Shown: positions 35,847 to 47,629, counted from the first letter of the stretch. The stretch is DNA of 64,000 bases from Selaginella moellendorffii (GCF_000143415.4 NW_003314315.1:1239514-1303513), one strand, 5' to 3'. The notes: generated by a model from the sequence alone, not told the origin. Numbers and translations: made by a program.

Positions 35847-37678
35847 ATGGAAGAAGCTCGTCTCCGCCATCACCACCATCGCGTCGCCCTCATGATCGTG
35901 CTAGTACTGTCAATCCACCACGCTCACTGCACCACTGTAGAGACGATTGTGTCTAGCGTCGTGAGCTATGGAGCCCGTGGAGATGGACGAACAGACGACA
36001 CAAAGGTTCTCTCTTTCATAGAATGTGACGCGCCACGAACTTATATTTTTGGGAGTTTTGCAACTGACAGGCTCTGCTAGATGCATGGAATGCTGCTTGT
36101 AGCGGTGGTGGAGCGAGCAGGCGGTATGGATCCAGCAGCTATGCGTCCATGGTTCTTGTCCCCGGCGGCCGAACTTTTGTGATCTCGCCGGTGCAGCTCA
36201 GAGGTCCTTGCAAATCACTCATCACCCTCCAAGTAAATCCTTGTCGATCTCAGTCGCTAGCAATTCCAACTTTGCTCGAGTTATATATCTATAGGTGGCT
36301 GGAAACTTGGTCGCAAGCACTAGATTTCTCACGAGCGATGAGACAACTCGCGATTGGATTGTGATTCGGAAAGTTTCGGGACTGACGATCCAGGGCGGGG
36401 GCGTTTTGGACGGGAGAGGAAAACAATGGTGGCCCAAATCATGCAAATTCGACTCGACCCAAGTAAGTTACATCACAACTTCTACTTTCCATTCATCACT
36501 CACCATCTTGACAAGTTCTTGCAACTTGATCGATCGCATTTGCACGGCGAACTCGCGGAAAATTTAAATGTGGCCACGCGCGCCAGCCCTGTCACAGAGC
36601 TCCTACGGTACCGTATAATAACCTCTCTTCCATGATCCAATTTATAACTTGGGTGCTATGTACGTGTGTACAAACAGTCGCTCGTCCTTCACGACTCGGA
36701 GAGGGTCCTTGTCGACGGCTTGACCCTTGTCAACAGCCAACAGATCCATTTCAGTATATTTCACAGCAGCAACGTGACCGCCACCAATTTGATCGTGTCT
36801 GCCGCAAGAAAGAGCCCTAACACCGATGGAGTTCACGTCCAGGGCTCCAAGTTCGTCAACCTTGGCACCATCACCATAGACACAGGCATGCCAGCAAGCT
36901 TATCTTTCTTTCTTTCTTTCCCTTTCTCACTTTGTTTGCTTTGCTTGATGCTACGAATTATATCCAGGGGACGATTGCATCTCCATTGGAGCCAACACAT
37001 CTCACGTCTCCATGCGTGACATTACGTGTGGAGCCGGACATGGAATCAGGTACAATTTCGATCGATGATTTTGCGCAAGATTTCAATTGTGATGTGATTG
37101 AAGCATCGGAAGCTTGGGAAATTACAAGAGTGCGGCATTTGTGTCCAACATCTCACTGGACGGGGCCCTCCTCGCCAATACAACCAATGGCCTCCGGATT
37201 AAGACATGGCCGGCAAGTGTATAGCATAGCTCAATTACGTGGACATTTACGTAGCCTCCATGCAGGGTGGCGCTGGCCTCGCTACAGGCATTAGCTTTCG
37301 AAATGTGCAGATGGACAACGTCAAGAACCCTATAATCATTGACCAGTTCTACTGCGACATGGAATCATCTCCACAGGGATGCGTGAGTACTCGACTTTAG
37401 AAAGTCTCGCCGAAATTTTTTTTATCTTCTTCGTTTGGTCGCAGGGAGAGGATCATGGAAGCGGCGTGGAGGTGCGAGACGTGGTGTATGAAAACATCAG
37501 TGGGAGCTCTGCCACCCCGGTGGGGGTCAAGCTCAACTGTAACCATCCTTGCACAGAGATCGTCATGAGCAATATCCGGCTGATTCAAACGAGAGATGGC
37601 TCGCCCTGCACTGCCGAGTGTAGTCACGTCTATGGAAGGGCCTACAATGCCACACCTCCTCCCTGCTTGCTTGTTTGA
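35847..37678 (+). CDS. Polygalacturonase (GH28), multi-exon
   Basis: Signal peptide, [55 protein letters not shown]. Confidence 0.95.
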
Positions 37679-37762
37679 GTATGATCAATCTTGGTGGAGC
37701 TCATTAAAACTCTTGTGCTCATTATATGAAACGTGAAAGGATCGGGTCTTGCCCCGTGAATC

Positions 37763-40678
37763 TTATGACCCGCATCGACGGTCATCGTTCGAAATGCCCG
37801 AAGAGAAAATACCAAACTTGGCTGCCATGGTTTGCAAAACGAATGATTGCTCCTTCCACAAGCCTGAGCTGCCATAGAGCTTGACCATGAGCATGTAACC
37901 AGCCGAGTCCCTGGAGCCAATGTCCGACTCCACGAAGCGATCAAACACGGCCTTTCCCACCGCCACATTGTTCCACTTGCAACAGGCGGCCAGCAGCGTC
38001 GACCATGTCACTCCACTGGCGGTGAAAGGCATGCTGTCCACCAGCACCATTGCCTCCTCCAGACGGTTGGCTCGTCCCAGCGTGTCGATCATGCAGTGGT
38101 AGTGCTCAGCAACGGGCCCCACTGTGCTTTCACCGCCGGCACCGCGTACCAGCGCCTCGAAGTGTGACTTGGCCATCTCAACCAGTCCCGTGTGGCTGCA
38201 CGCCGAGAGGATGGAGACGAGAGTGATAGCGTCGGGTTTCAAGCCTTCGTCTTTCATACTCTGGAGAGCACCAAGAACTCGATCGCTCTCTCCTCGAGCA
38301 CAGTAGCCTGTCATGAGTGCGTTCCAAGTGATGACACAGAACGACTGCTGCGTGCTGTCGAAAACTTGCTGCGCGTCCAACGCAAGCCCGGACTTTGCAT
38401 AGGCGTCCACCATGCAAGAGACGAGCACCGCGTCACCGATGTCAAGCAGACCATCTCTGCACAGCACGGCATGGATGGACTTGGCTAAGGTGGCCGCGCT
38501 GCAAGCACTGCACGCCTTGAGAGCAGCGGCATAAGTCCGTGCGTCACACACCTCCCGGTGATGATGCTGCAAGTGTGCAAACAGTCCGAGAGCCACCTCG
38601 CTCTCCCCGTTGCCAGCGTAGCCCAGTAGCAGCGAGTTCCAAGACACGATGCTGGAGCACAGCATTGTGTCAAACACCCTGCGAGCGTCCACAAGGCTCC
38701 CACACTTTGCGTACATATCCAGAACGCTGTTTGCCACCTCGTATCCACGCCTGGAAGCTCCGCAATGCAGTTCCATCCCTTTCTCCAGCGACCTCAGCTT
38801 CACACTCGTCCCGTCCTCAATCTGCGTCGCTTCTTCTCCGGATGAAAGGCTCGCGCAGGCTTTGAGAGCTGCCGTGTATGTTACATGGTCTGGTGTTCCA
38901 GCGGCAGCAAACACCTCCAAGGCCAGTTTTTCCTCCCCGTTTTCGGCATAAGCTTGAACTAGAGAGTTCCACGACACCATACTGTGTCTTGGCATGCTGT
39001 CGAAGACCATACGGCTGTCCAGAATGCTTCCACACTTTGCATACAGATCCACCAGAGCGTTTGCAACAAATGTGTCACCGTCACAGCCAAATCTTCGAGC
39101 CCGAGTATGAATAGCCATGCCTCTCTCGAGAACTTCCAGCTTGGAAAGTTTGGATCCGGCTGCCAGGCTCGAGCAGGCTTTCAGAGCCGCAACAAACATT
39201 GGAGGATCTGGCGTAATATGGTTCTCCGATTCAGCCAGGAGGTCTAGAGCCGCCTCCGCTTTCCGGCTCTCGACATATCCCAGAAGGAGCACTGTCCACG
39301 AGATAGCATCCCGGCGTTTCATCTTCTCGAACACCCTCACCGCGTCCTCGACGCTCCCACACTTGCAATAAGTATCCAGCAGAGAGTTCGCCACGAAAGG
39401 CTCCCGATCACAGCCGCAGCTTGCAGCTTTCCTGTGGACTGAACTGGCTCTCTGCAAGCACCCTGACTTGACCATCCTGCCATCGACTAGCGCTCCCTTT
39501 TCAGTAGCTGCTAAGCTCGAGCATGCCTTGAAAGCAGCAACAAAAGTTCTTGCATCTGGTGTATATCCCCTGTGTTGCATGGCCTCAAAGACCTCCAAGG
39601 CAACCTCTTCCTGGCCATCTTCTACGTATCCCAATATCATGACGTTCCAAGACACCACAGTCGGGCAACTCATTCTGTCAAAGACCTTCCTGGCCTCGGT
39701 GACACTTCCACACTTTGAGTACATGTCGATCAAGCTGCTTGTCACGTAAGGATCGGTGTCTAGTCCCTGGCTTGCCGTCTGCGAGTGGATGGCCATTCCC
39801 AGCTGCAAGGACTTCCATTTTACGAGCTTCCTATCGTTGAGAGAGTCCAGAAAGCTGACAGTGCCTTCCTCTTCCCCAGCAATGCTGCCACAAGCCTGGA
39901 GCGCTGCCACGAACGCTCGAGCGTCCGGAACACACGAGCCTTGGGTTTGCATGCACGAGAAAAGCTCCAGAGCAAGCTCGCCGTCTCCATTGTCGATATG
40001 GCCCAGGATCAAAGCTGTCCACGACACCAAGTCGTGGTTCTTCATCCGGTCGAACACCCTGCGAGCGTCCGCCATGCTTCCACACCTGCCATACAAATCC
40101 ATGAGTGAGCTCGCCACGAAAACATCCAACTCACAAGTTCCTTTGGCGCTAGAGTGGAGAGCCATGGCATCGTCCAATCCCCGGAGTTTGATGCCTAGAC
40201 TATCTCGAGTTTCCTTCGCTGCTCGCAAAGTGATGGCCTTGACCGCTGCCAGCAACGTCCTCGCATCTGGAGTAGCACCTTGTGATCGCATGAAATCGAA
40301 GAGCTGGAGAGCTTTCTCTTCTTCCCCATTCTCCACGTAGCCCAGCATCAAAACATTCCAGGCGACCACCACATTGGCAGAACCGTGTGCCAGTCTCATG
40401 CTGTGGAAGGCATCGCGCGCAGCAGCCAGGCTTCCACACCGAACATACATCTTGACGAGAATGCCGGAGAAGTAAATGCTGCTGCTCCATGCCTCACACT
40501 GGCTCGCATCGGCGTGGATCTTACTCCCCAAATCCACGTCTCTGGAATCGCCAGCCGCTTCCAGCGCCGCCAATGCGATGCCTAGGCTATTCACATTACC
40601 GGTGCTGCTGTGCTCTGGCAATCGACGCTTCAGGCAGCCCGCGATCCAGAAGCGCCGCGCAACCGGGGATCCACGCAT
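37763..40678 (-). CDS. PLS-class PPR protein, E subgroup (no DYW)
   Basis: Repeated P-L-S triplets (SSLIDMYSKCGS, VVSWN, PDARTF); C-terminal HYHCMIDTLGRA, WSTLLAAC, GYMLMVKLYGSSGLW. Confidence 0.95.
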   Translation of the reverse strand: MRGSPVARRFWIAGCLKRRLPEHSSTGNVNSLGIALAALEAAGDSRDVDLGSKIHADASQCEAWSSSIYFSGILVKMYVRCGSLAAARDAFHSMRLAHGSANVVVAWNVLMLGYVENGEEEKALQLFDFMRSQGATPDARTLLAAVKAITLRAAKETRDSLGIKLRGLDDAMALHSSAKGTCELDVFVASSLMDLYGRCGSMADARRVFDRMKNHDLVSWTALILGHIDNGDGELALELFSCMQTQGSCVPDARAFVAALQACGSIAGEEEGTVSFLDSLNDRKLVKWKSLQLGMAIHSQTASQGLDTDPYVTSSLIDMYSKCGSVTEARKVFDRMSCPTVVSWNVMILGYVEDGQEEVALEVFEAMQHRGYTPDARTFVAAFKACSSLAATEKGALVDGRMVKSGCLQRASSVHRKAASCGCDREPFVANSLLDTYCKCGSVEDAVRVFEKMKRRDAISWTVLLLGYVESRKAEAALDLLAESENHITPDPPMFVAALKACSSLAAGSKLSKLEVLERGMAIHTRARRFGCDGDTFVANALVDLYAKCGSILDSRMVFDSMPRHSMVSWNSLVQAYAENGEEKLALEVFAAAGTPDHVTYTAALKACASLSSGEEATQIEDGTSVKLRSLEKGMELHCGASRRGYEVANSVLDMYAKCGSLVDARRVFDTMLCSSIVSWNSLLLGYAGNGESEVALGLFAHLQHHHREVCDARTYAAALKACSACSAATLAKSIHAVLCRDGLLDIGDAVLVSCMVDAYAKSGLALDAQQVFDSTQQSFCVITWNALMTGYCARGESDRVLGALQSMKDEGLKPDAITLVSILSACSHTGLVEMAKSHFEALVRGAGGESTVGPVAEHYHCMIDTLGRANRLEEAMVLVDSMPFTASGVTWSTLLAACCKWNNVAVGKAVFDRFVESDIGSRDSAGYMLMVKLYGSSGLWKEQSFVLQTMAAKFGIFSSGISNDDRRCGS

Positions 40679-40967
40679 TCATTTTTTCTTTTAGGGTTCT
40701 TGGAAGACCACTTCCTTTATTATAACCAAAGCAAAATCCAGCAAGAATGTGCACTATAGCGTTTGTTCAATTTTTCCGCGACAAGAATAGGCCACAATGG
40801 TAGTAGCGAACTGCTCTTTTGCAACCTCTGGGAACAAGTAGATGAACGATTGCCAAGACAAATTCGTTTCTCCTTCAAGTCTTCGCTCTGGAGGCTGAAA
40901 ATGAAACGACGGGAGTAAGCCCATGCATTGTCTGTCCTTTTTGTTTTACGAATGCCGATCTGGCTCC

Positions 40968-41546
40968 TTAGCTACAATAGAAAATGCAAAGCTCTCCTTC
41001 GTGAGAGCATTCACTCTTCATTACCGCCACTGCCTTCACTATGCAATTTCGCAGTTTGTTGTTTCCAACATAGCTAAACATCATCTCTGCACACTTCTGA
41101 CTTTCATCCTCTAACTTCCTCATCCCTGAAGTGGAATTCAGAGACATATCGACCAAGCGTTTCACTGGGTCCCTGGATGAACCTGAAAAAGCAAGTTTAA
41201 CCGTGGATCCTGTCAATATAACACAAAACTCTGCTGGAGATTGTGATCCAGTCGAGCAAAAATATCGTTTCCATGCCTCAAGCACCTGTGAACAATATGG
41301 CAAGCGATGAACAATGGTTCCTGCACTCCTGGACAACGTTCCTTTCTCCTTCACCCACAGCTCAACAACTTCGTTTGAGTGCCGAAACATTTTCAGGCAT
41401 CTTCTTCAGTAATGCTTCTTTTACCACATTCCCACTTCTGACAGTAATATTGTAGTAGCAGCATTAGACCTGTGTTTAGGGTGAACAGCTATGTTGCAAA
41501 GAGTTGCTTTATTTGCTTTACTACTGGTCCCGCCAAAGAATGCCAT
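40968..41546 (-). pseudogene. Possible decayed GNAT-like acetyltransferase fragment
   Basis: TLCNIAVHPKHR followed, across frameshifts or a very short intron, by EALLKK and VELWV. No intact frame. Confidence 0.3.
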
Positions 41547-41604
41547 GACGGGGTCGCGGCCGGGTTGAAAATCTTTGCCTCGGGGAAAAGAGTCCTGGGC
41601 GCAA

Positions 41605-43876
41605 ATGCAGGCTGTGACTGTGCTTGTGCACATCCGGCCCTTGATCGGAGAGGAGCGATCGCAAGGAAACGATTGCGTGTCTGTTGTTCCTGGAGAGCCG
41701 CAGGTAAAATCTTCTTTAGGAAGTTTCGATCGATGTCTTTCTTTGTTTGATCAGGTCCTTGCTGGGGAGCATCGTTTCACGTTTGATCGAGTCTATGGAG
41801 GCGGTGGAACTGCGCCGCCGTTTATCTTCGATCAATGCGTTCTACCGCTCGTGGAGGGATTGTTCCAAGGTTACAACGCCACCGTCTTTGCCTATGGTCA
41901 GGTGAGTGCTCCTTTCTTCTTCTTTTGTGAGCTCGTTTTTCTTTGTGTTTTTCTCTAGACTGGATCTGGAAAGACATATACAATGGGGACAGGATACGGC
42001 AGCAAGGAGGGCGTTATCCCTCGAGTCATGGACACGCTCTTCCAGAAGATCGACGCTTTGAAGCACAAGGCGGACTTTCAAGTCCGGGTTTCTTTTATCG
42101 AGGTGAGGTGATTGCTGTTTTCTCTTTCCGACATTCTTCAGTTTTTCAAAGAACAGATTTTCAAGGAGAACGTGAGAGACCTCCTCTCTTCAAGCTCTTC
42201 TGAGTCTCATATAAAGATTCGAGGGACTGGGAGTGCAGGTGTTTTTCTCACTGGCGTCACCGAAGTGGACGTGAAAAGCTCGCAGGAAATGACTGCTTGC
42301 TTGGACAAAGGCTCGCGGTGTCGAGCGACAGGCAGCACAAGCATGAACTTGCATTCAAGGTCTCGTTGGTGCAAATGACCGTAGAATGTTTCTCATAACA
42401 CCTCACGCTGTGCATGCGCAGCCGATCCCATGCGATTTTCACCTTAAACGTCGAGCAGCGTCCCAAACTGAGTGGTGATGCGTCACGAGCTACAGTCGAT
42501 ATTCTCCGTGCGAAGTTCCACCTGGTCGATCTTGCCGGCTCCGAGCGAGTAAAGAAAACAAGAGCTGACGGGGATCGTTTCAGTGAAGGTAAACGTTCTT
42601 TCTTCGCATAACACAAATCAAGTTTGATGTGATGCAGGTGTGCATATAAACCGTGGCCTTTTGGCGCTTGGCAACGTGATCAGTGCTTTAGGAGCTGACA
42701 AGAAACGAGGCCATGTCCCGTACAGGGATAGCAAACTTACACGCCTCCTACAGGTAAGATTTGAGAAGCATGACGTGACGTTGTGGTGATCGATTGTTTT
42801 TGGATGCAGGATTCACTGGGTGGGAACACCCACACTACCATGATAGGTGAGTGAGTGGAACCTCACTTTTTCGTTCTCCTTACTCGATGTTTAGCTTGCA
42901 TTAGTCCGGCCGCTTCAAATGCGGAGGAAACTCTGAACACGTTGAAGTATGCCAATCGTGCACGCAACATCCAGAACAAGCCGGTGGTATGTCTTCTCAT
43001 GTTGTATATTACATCTTCTATCCACTCCTGACGTTTTTACTGTGACAGGTTAATCGTGTAGTTGCTGAGATCCAAAAAATGCGACAAGAAGTAGAGCTGT
43101 TAAAAGGAGCAAATCAGGTAATGTCTTTTTTGGTTTCTTTGGCTGCTGACCGAGTGTGGCGTTGCTGCAAACTTAGGCTCTTGAGCGAAAGGTTGACCTC
43201 CAAGCAAAGGAGCTGGACTTTCAGGCAATGGAGCTGGACGAGGCAGCAAAGCGAGAAAATGTAAGCTTTTTCCTCATAGTGGTGTAACTCTTGACAAACT
43301 AATTTGTGTTTAGATTCTGGAGAAGAAGTTAAGCTTTCTAGAGCAAGAGCTACAAGACGTCAAGGAAAGCAAAGCATTCCACGTGCCAGAGAATCAGCAG
43401 AGTGTAAGTCGTCTTTGTATCTCTGCCAACTTTGAAGGTGATTTTTGGTATTGTAGGCTGGTCAAGAAGTGGTGGAAGTGATCGTGAAGTGGGAATCAAA
43501 CGGAGAGCTTATTGCCATCATCAGTATTGGAAAGAGAGCCAAACTTTCGGAGCTACGAGCCCAGGTCACTCCAAGAGTTCCTCGTGTGAAGCGGGGTTTT
43601 ACTTTCATTTTGTGTGAGGGACCTGTCGGCCAAGATCTGGAAGATCAAATCCGTGTGGTATCGTTCAAGAACGACACTGGCGCTTTCGTTGTGGTGGTTC
43701 GTCCCCCAGCAACGCGAGGTTTTGCAAGCTTGAAACGAACCCCGCTCGTAGAAGTGACCAAGAATGACGAGCCGGTGAAGCTTGTGAAGACGAGCGCTCC
43801 GAGAAGAGAGAAAATCTCGCTGGCCCAGAGAGCCAAGATGAGCGTCGTTGATGATATACTAGCTAAGCTTCACTAG
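41605..43876 (+). CDS. Short kinesin: kinesin-4 (FRA1-like) motor + short coiled coil + ubiquitin-like tail
   Basis: [119 protein letters not shown]. Confidence 0.92.
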
Positions 43877-43891
43877 GTGATTATAACTTTG

Positions 43892-46474
43892 ATGTTCTGT
43901 CATGCTCCAAGTGGACTACTGGTCACTGCAGATCTCGAAGATCATCTTCGCATTTCAAGTCCAACCACAGGCTCAAAGGATTGGTATGCGTCTCGGCTGA
44001 GAAGTTGTCACGGGTTAGATGAAGGTAGAAGCATCCATGCTAGCATTCGTTCCAGCGGCCATGGTGGAAGCCGTTTCCTGGGGAATCTCCTGGTCCAGAT
44101 GTATGGTAAGCACGGTAACTTCGATCTCGCGCTTGAAACGTTCAGCCACATTCAAGAGCCAAACGTTTTCTCTTGGACCATCTTGATTGCAGCATTTGCC
44201 CGGAATGGCCATTACCATCGGGCATTTGAGCTCCTGTGTAGAATGCAAAACGAGGGAGTGACATTCAATGCGGTGACAATCTCGAGCGTGTTGACGGCTT
44301 GCAGGGACATCAAACAGGCTCGAGAACTGGAAAGGCTGGCGGCAGTGGCTGGTTTTGGGGGCGAGGAGAGGATACTTCGCAGCCTCATCCATGCGTATGG
44401 AGAATGTGGTAGTGTGGACGATGCTCGGGAGGTTTTTGACGCCATGGAAGCCGCTGGAGACCTTGTCTCTTGCACGGCTTTGATGGGAGCGTATGCTCGA
44501 AACGGGTATAGTGTGGAAGCTCTGAGGCTGTTCCAAAAGATGAGCTTGGAAGGCGTCAAGCTCGACAAGATCAGCTTTGTGAGCGTCATAAACGCATGCG
44601 CTTGTGCTAGAGACTTGCGGCGAGGTAAGCTCTGTCACGAGCTCTTGAGACAATCTGGTTTGGACACTGACTTGACTTTGCAGAACACTCTCCTGAGCAT
44701 GTATGGGAAGTGTGGAATGCTCAACGAGCTGCACGAGATGTTCTGCATTATAGAAGCTCCAGACGCTGTCTCCTACAACTCGATCATCTCAGCTCTTGCT
44801 CATAACTCCCAGCCTAGGCAAGCTCTCTTTTTCTTTCGGTGCATGCTGCTTGACGGCAGTCTACCAAGTCTAGTCACATTCATCTCTGTCGCTCACGCTT
44901 GCGGGTGCATAGGTGATTCTAGGCCAGCTGCAGTTATCTGTTCGCTGATTCGAGACTGTTGCGGAGTCACCACCAGCGATTCGGTTTTGAGATCGGCTAT
45001 AGTTGCAATGCATGGAAGGTGTGGGGACGTGGAAGCAGCAAGGGAGGCTTATGAATCTTACGCAAAGGACGAGCTAGGCTGCACGTCAATGTTTGCTGCG
45101 TACGTTCAAAACCACAAATTTGGTCGAGCTCTGGGCTTGTTCCGACGCATGCAGCTCGAAGGCATTAAGCCCAACAAGGTAACCTTTCTCAGCGCTCTCG
45201 ATGCATGCAGCAACACTGGAGATGCTTCTCAAGCTAAAACTGTCCATGGTTGTGTTGTTGACGCAGGATACGAGACGGACCACGAGATTGGGAACGCGAG
45301 AATCAGCATGTACGGGAAATGTGGGAGTTTGGAGCAAGCCAGAAAACTCTTCGACATGAAAACGTACAAGGACGTGCTCACTTGGACAGGAATGGCGGGA
45401 GCTTATGCACGTAACAAGGAAGAAACTCAAGGTCTGAAGCTCTTTAAGGAGATGCAACTCAACGGGATCAAGCCGAACAAGGTAGCGTTTGTGGTGGCAT
45501 TGGATGCCTGTGCTAACTCGGGCAGCAGCTTCGTTCTGTCGCAAGGGAGGAGACTTCACGAACAGGTTAGCGAGAGCGGGCTTGAAAGGGACACTGCAGT
45601 GGGAAACTGCCTTATAAACATGTACGTCAGCTGCGGGAGCTTGAAAGACGCAAGGACGCAGCTAGAAAAGATGGAGAACCAGAAGAACTTGACTTCGTGG
45701 AACACGATGGTGTGTGGACTCGCCAGGAGCAGCGGGCACGAGGAGCAGGCTCTGGACCTGATTTCCCTCATGGACTTGGAGGGAGTAGCACCCGATGTCA
45801 TCACCTTTTCCAGCGCTCTCGAGGCTTGTGCTAGCACGGCAGCTCTAGCTCGCGGCCAGATGATCCATGCTCGGATTGTCGAGAGTGGTGATGCGCTCGA
45901 TCTTCACACGAATTTGGTTCTGGGGACTTGCCTCGTCAACTTATACGGCAAGTGCGGCAGTCCAGGGAGAGCAAGACAGGTGTTTGAGGAAATTCGTAGT
46001 AGCGGCGACACCGTCTTGTGGAATGCAATGATCGGAGCTTATACTCGGCACGGGCGTGTCGGGGAGGCAGTGGAACTGTTCCAGGCTTTAGTTGTCGAGG
46101 GCGTTGCTCCAGACAAGGTGACCTTCGTCTCCATCCTGGCTGGCTTTTGCCATGGCTGCCATCAGCAGGAGGAAGCTGCGGCCGCGGAGCATTTTCTTCT
46201 TATGAACGAGTTCATGGTTAAGCCGGGAGCCGAGCACTTCACTTGCTTGATCGATCTTTTGGCGAGGAAAGGGCGGCTTCTTGAGGCCGAGGAACTGCTC
46301 AAGGCAATGCCGTTTCAACCCCAAGGAATCAACCTGGTGTCGCTCTTGGCCGCGTGCAAGCGCTACCAGGAGGTCGAACGAGCCGAGTCGACAGCCGAGT
46401 TTATCATGAAGCTTGATCCAACGCAAGCACCGGCTTACGTGCTCTTGTCCGATGTGTATGCTGCTGCTGCCTAG
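43892..46474 (+). CDS. PLS-class PPR protein ending at the start of the E2 motif (start codon uncertain)
   Basis: 865-aa ORF with P-L-S repeats; HFTCLIDLLARKG, LVSLLAACK, PAYVLLSDVYAAAA*. Confidence 0.93.
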   Translation: MFCHAPSGLLVTADLEDHLRISSPTTGSKDWYASRLRSCHGLDEGRSIHASIRSSGHGGSRFLGNLLVQMYGKHGNFDLALETFSHIQEPNVFSWTILIAAFARNGHYHRAFELLCRMQNEGVTFNAVTISSVLTACRDIKQARELERLAAVAGFGGEERILRSLIHAYGECGSVDDAREVFDAMEAAGDLVSCTALMGAYARNGYSVEALRLFQKMSLEGVKLDKISFVSVINACACARDLRRGKLCHELLRQSGLDTDLTLQNTLLSMYGKCGMLNELHEMFCIIEAPDAVSYNSIISALAHNSQPRQALFFFRCMLLDGSLPSLVTFISVAHACGCIGDSRPAAVICSLIRDCCGVTTSDSVLRSAIVAMHGRCGDVEAAREAYESYAKDELGCTSMFAAYVQNHKFGRALGLFRRMQLEGIKPNKVTFLSALDACSNTGDASQAKTVHGCVVDAGYETDHEIGNARISMYGKCGSLEQARKLFDMKTYKDVLTWTGMAGAYARNKEETQGLKLFKEMQLNGIKPNKVAFVVALDACANSGSSFVLSQGRRLHEQVSESGLERDTAVGNCLINMYVSCGSLKDARTQLEKMENQKNLTSWNTMVCGLARSSGHEEQALDLISLMDLEGVAPDVITFSSALEACASTAALARGQMIHARIVESGDALDLHTNLVLGTCLVNLYGKCGSPGRARQVFEEIRSSGDTVLWNAMIGAYTRHGRVGEAVELFQALVVEGVAPDKVTFVSILAGFCHGCHQQEEAAAAEHFLLMNEFMVKPGAEHFTCLIDLLARKGRLLEAEELLKAMPFQPQGINLVSLLAACKRYQEVERAESTAEFIMKLDPTQAPAYVLLSDVYAAAA

Positions 46475-47104
46475 AGAAACCATCGTGACGTCTAGGAATT
46501 TCAGATCTGTGTAAATCACGTAAATCTCTCACAAGGCAAGGTGTCTGACCAAGTTACAATCGAATATTCAGGGAAAAGATGGCCACTGGGTTCCAGACTT
46601 CGCATAGAGGAATAAAAGGCAGCCATGGAAAGGAAGAACCTCTTCCTCCAGCTGCTTTGAAGCAACCTGGAATCCAGGATTTCAAGGATGAACACTGGGA
46701 CATAGTAGATCATCTAGTAGATTGAGAAGTCCATTTTGAAAATATTACGGTTGATAGCTTGGTACATGATACTTGTTCAGCCTTGCTTTTACGAATCAGC
46801 CGAAAAGAGTTCTTCAGGGCGACGCCCTGTTTGTTTTGAAAATAATCATCCATGAAAAGTTGTTGATTATCAGATCGAAGACCGGATTTGTTGGCAAAGG
46901 CAGAATAGCAAGGGACGCTCGTTGTCAATATCATAAGTGACATGCTACAGAATGAAGATTTGCCACAACATGGTCATTGAAAAATTGCATCCTTGCTGAA
47001 TATCAGGAGCCTTTGCCTCAGTTGCAAGTGCTGAGCAATTAGGTGTTCAAGGTGTCTTTGGTCTAGAATTTCCTTCTTATGGGGCGTGTTCAAACCGACT
47101 GCCT

Positions 47105-47155
47105 GTTTATCATTCAGCCTCAGGCACCGCCTTACGTGCTCTTGTCCGATGTGTA
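47105..47155 (+). repeat. Relic duplicate of the PPR gene 3' end
   Basis: 47124-47155 matches 46427-46458 at 31/32 nt; both copies are preceded by gtttatcat. Confidence 0.85.
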
Positions 47156-47629
47156 ATCTGAGCTTCCTTCTAGAATCATGGTGGCCAAAAGCAAGACCAT
47201 GTATAGATTAAAAACTTCACCCTCTCCGTTTGCATGCACGCTACTATTATAAGAGAGGCCAGTTTTCAAACTTTCATACCGTTAGCTTGCTGGGAAAAAG
47301 AAGAACACAAAGGCTGGTACAAGTTTCAAAAGGCGCCCCTGGATACATTATTGATTGACTTGCAAACAACGGGAGACCGGAATGTCGAATCGAATTCAAA
47401 TAGACAAAAGAATTCGGGCTTTTGCAGCTGGTAGATTAGAGAAACGGTGGAAATTGAGAGAGGAAGACCAGGGAGATAGACAAGAATGTAAATCGGTCGT
47501 CATGCATGCAACGCTGCTCAGGCTGCTGCTCTGCTGACAAATTGAAAACATAATCAGTAAGGTTTTTAGTGTGTGGGTTGTCCCGAGCGTCGTGTTTTAA
47601 AACGCGTATGGTTCGGATGAAATATATCA

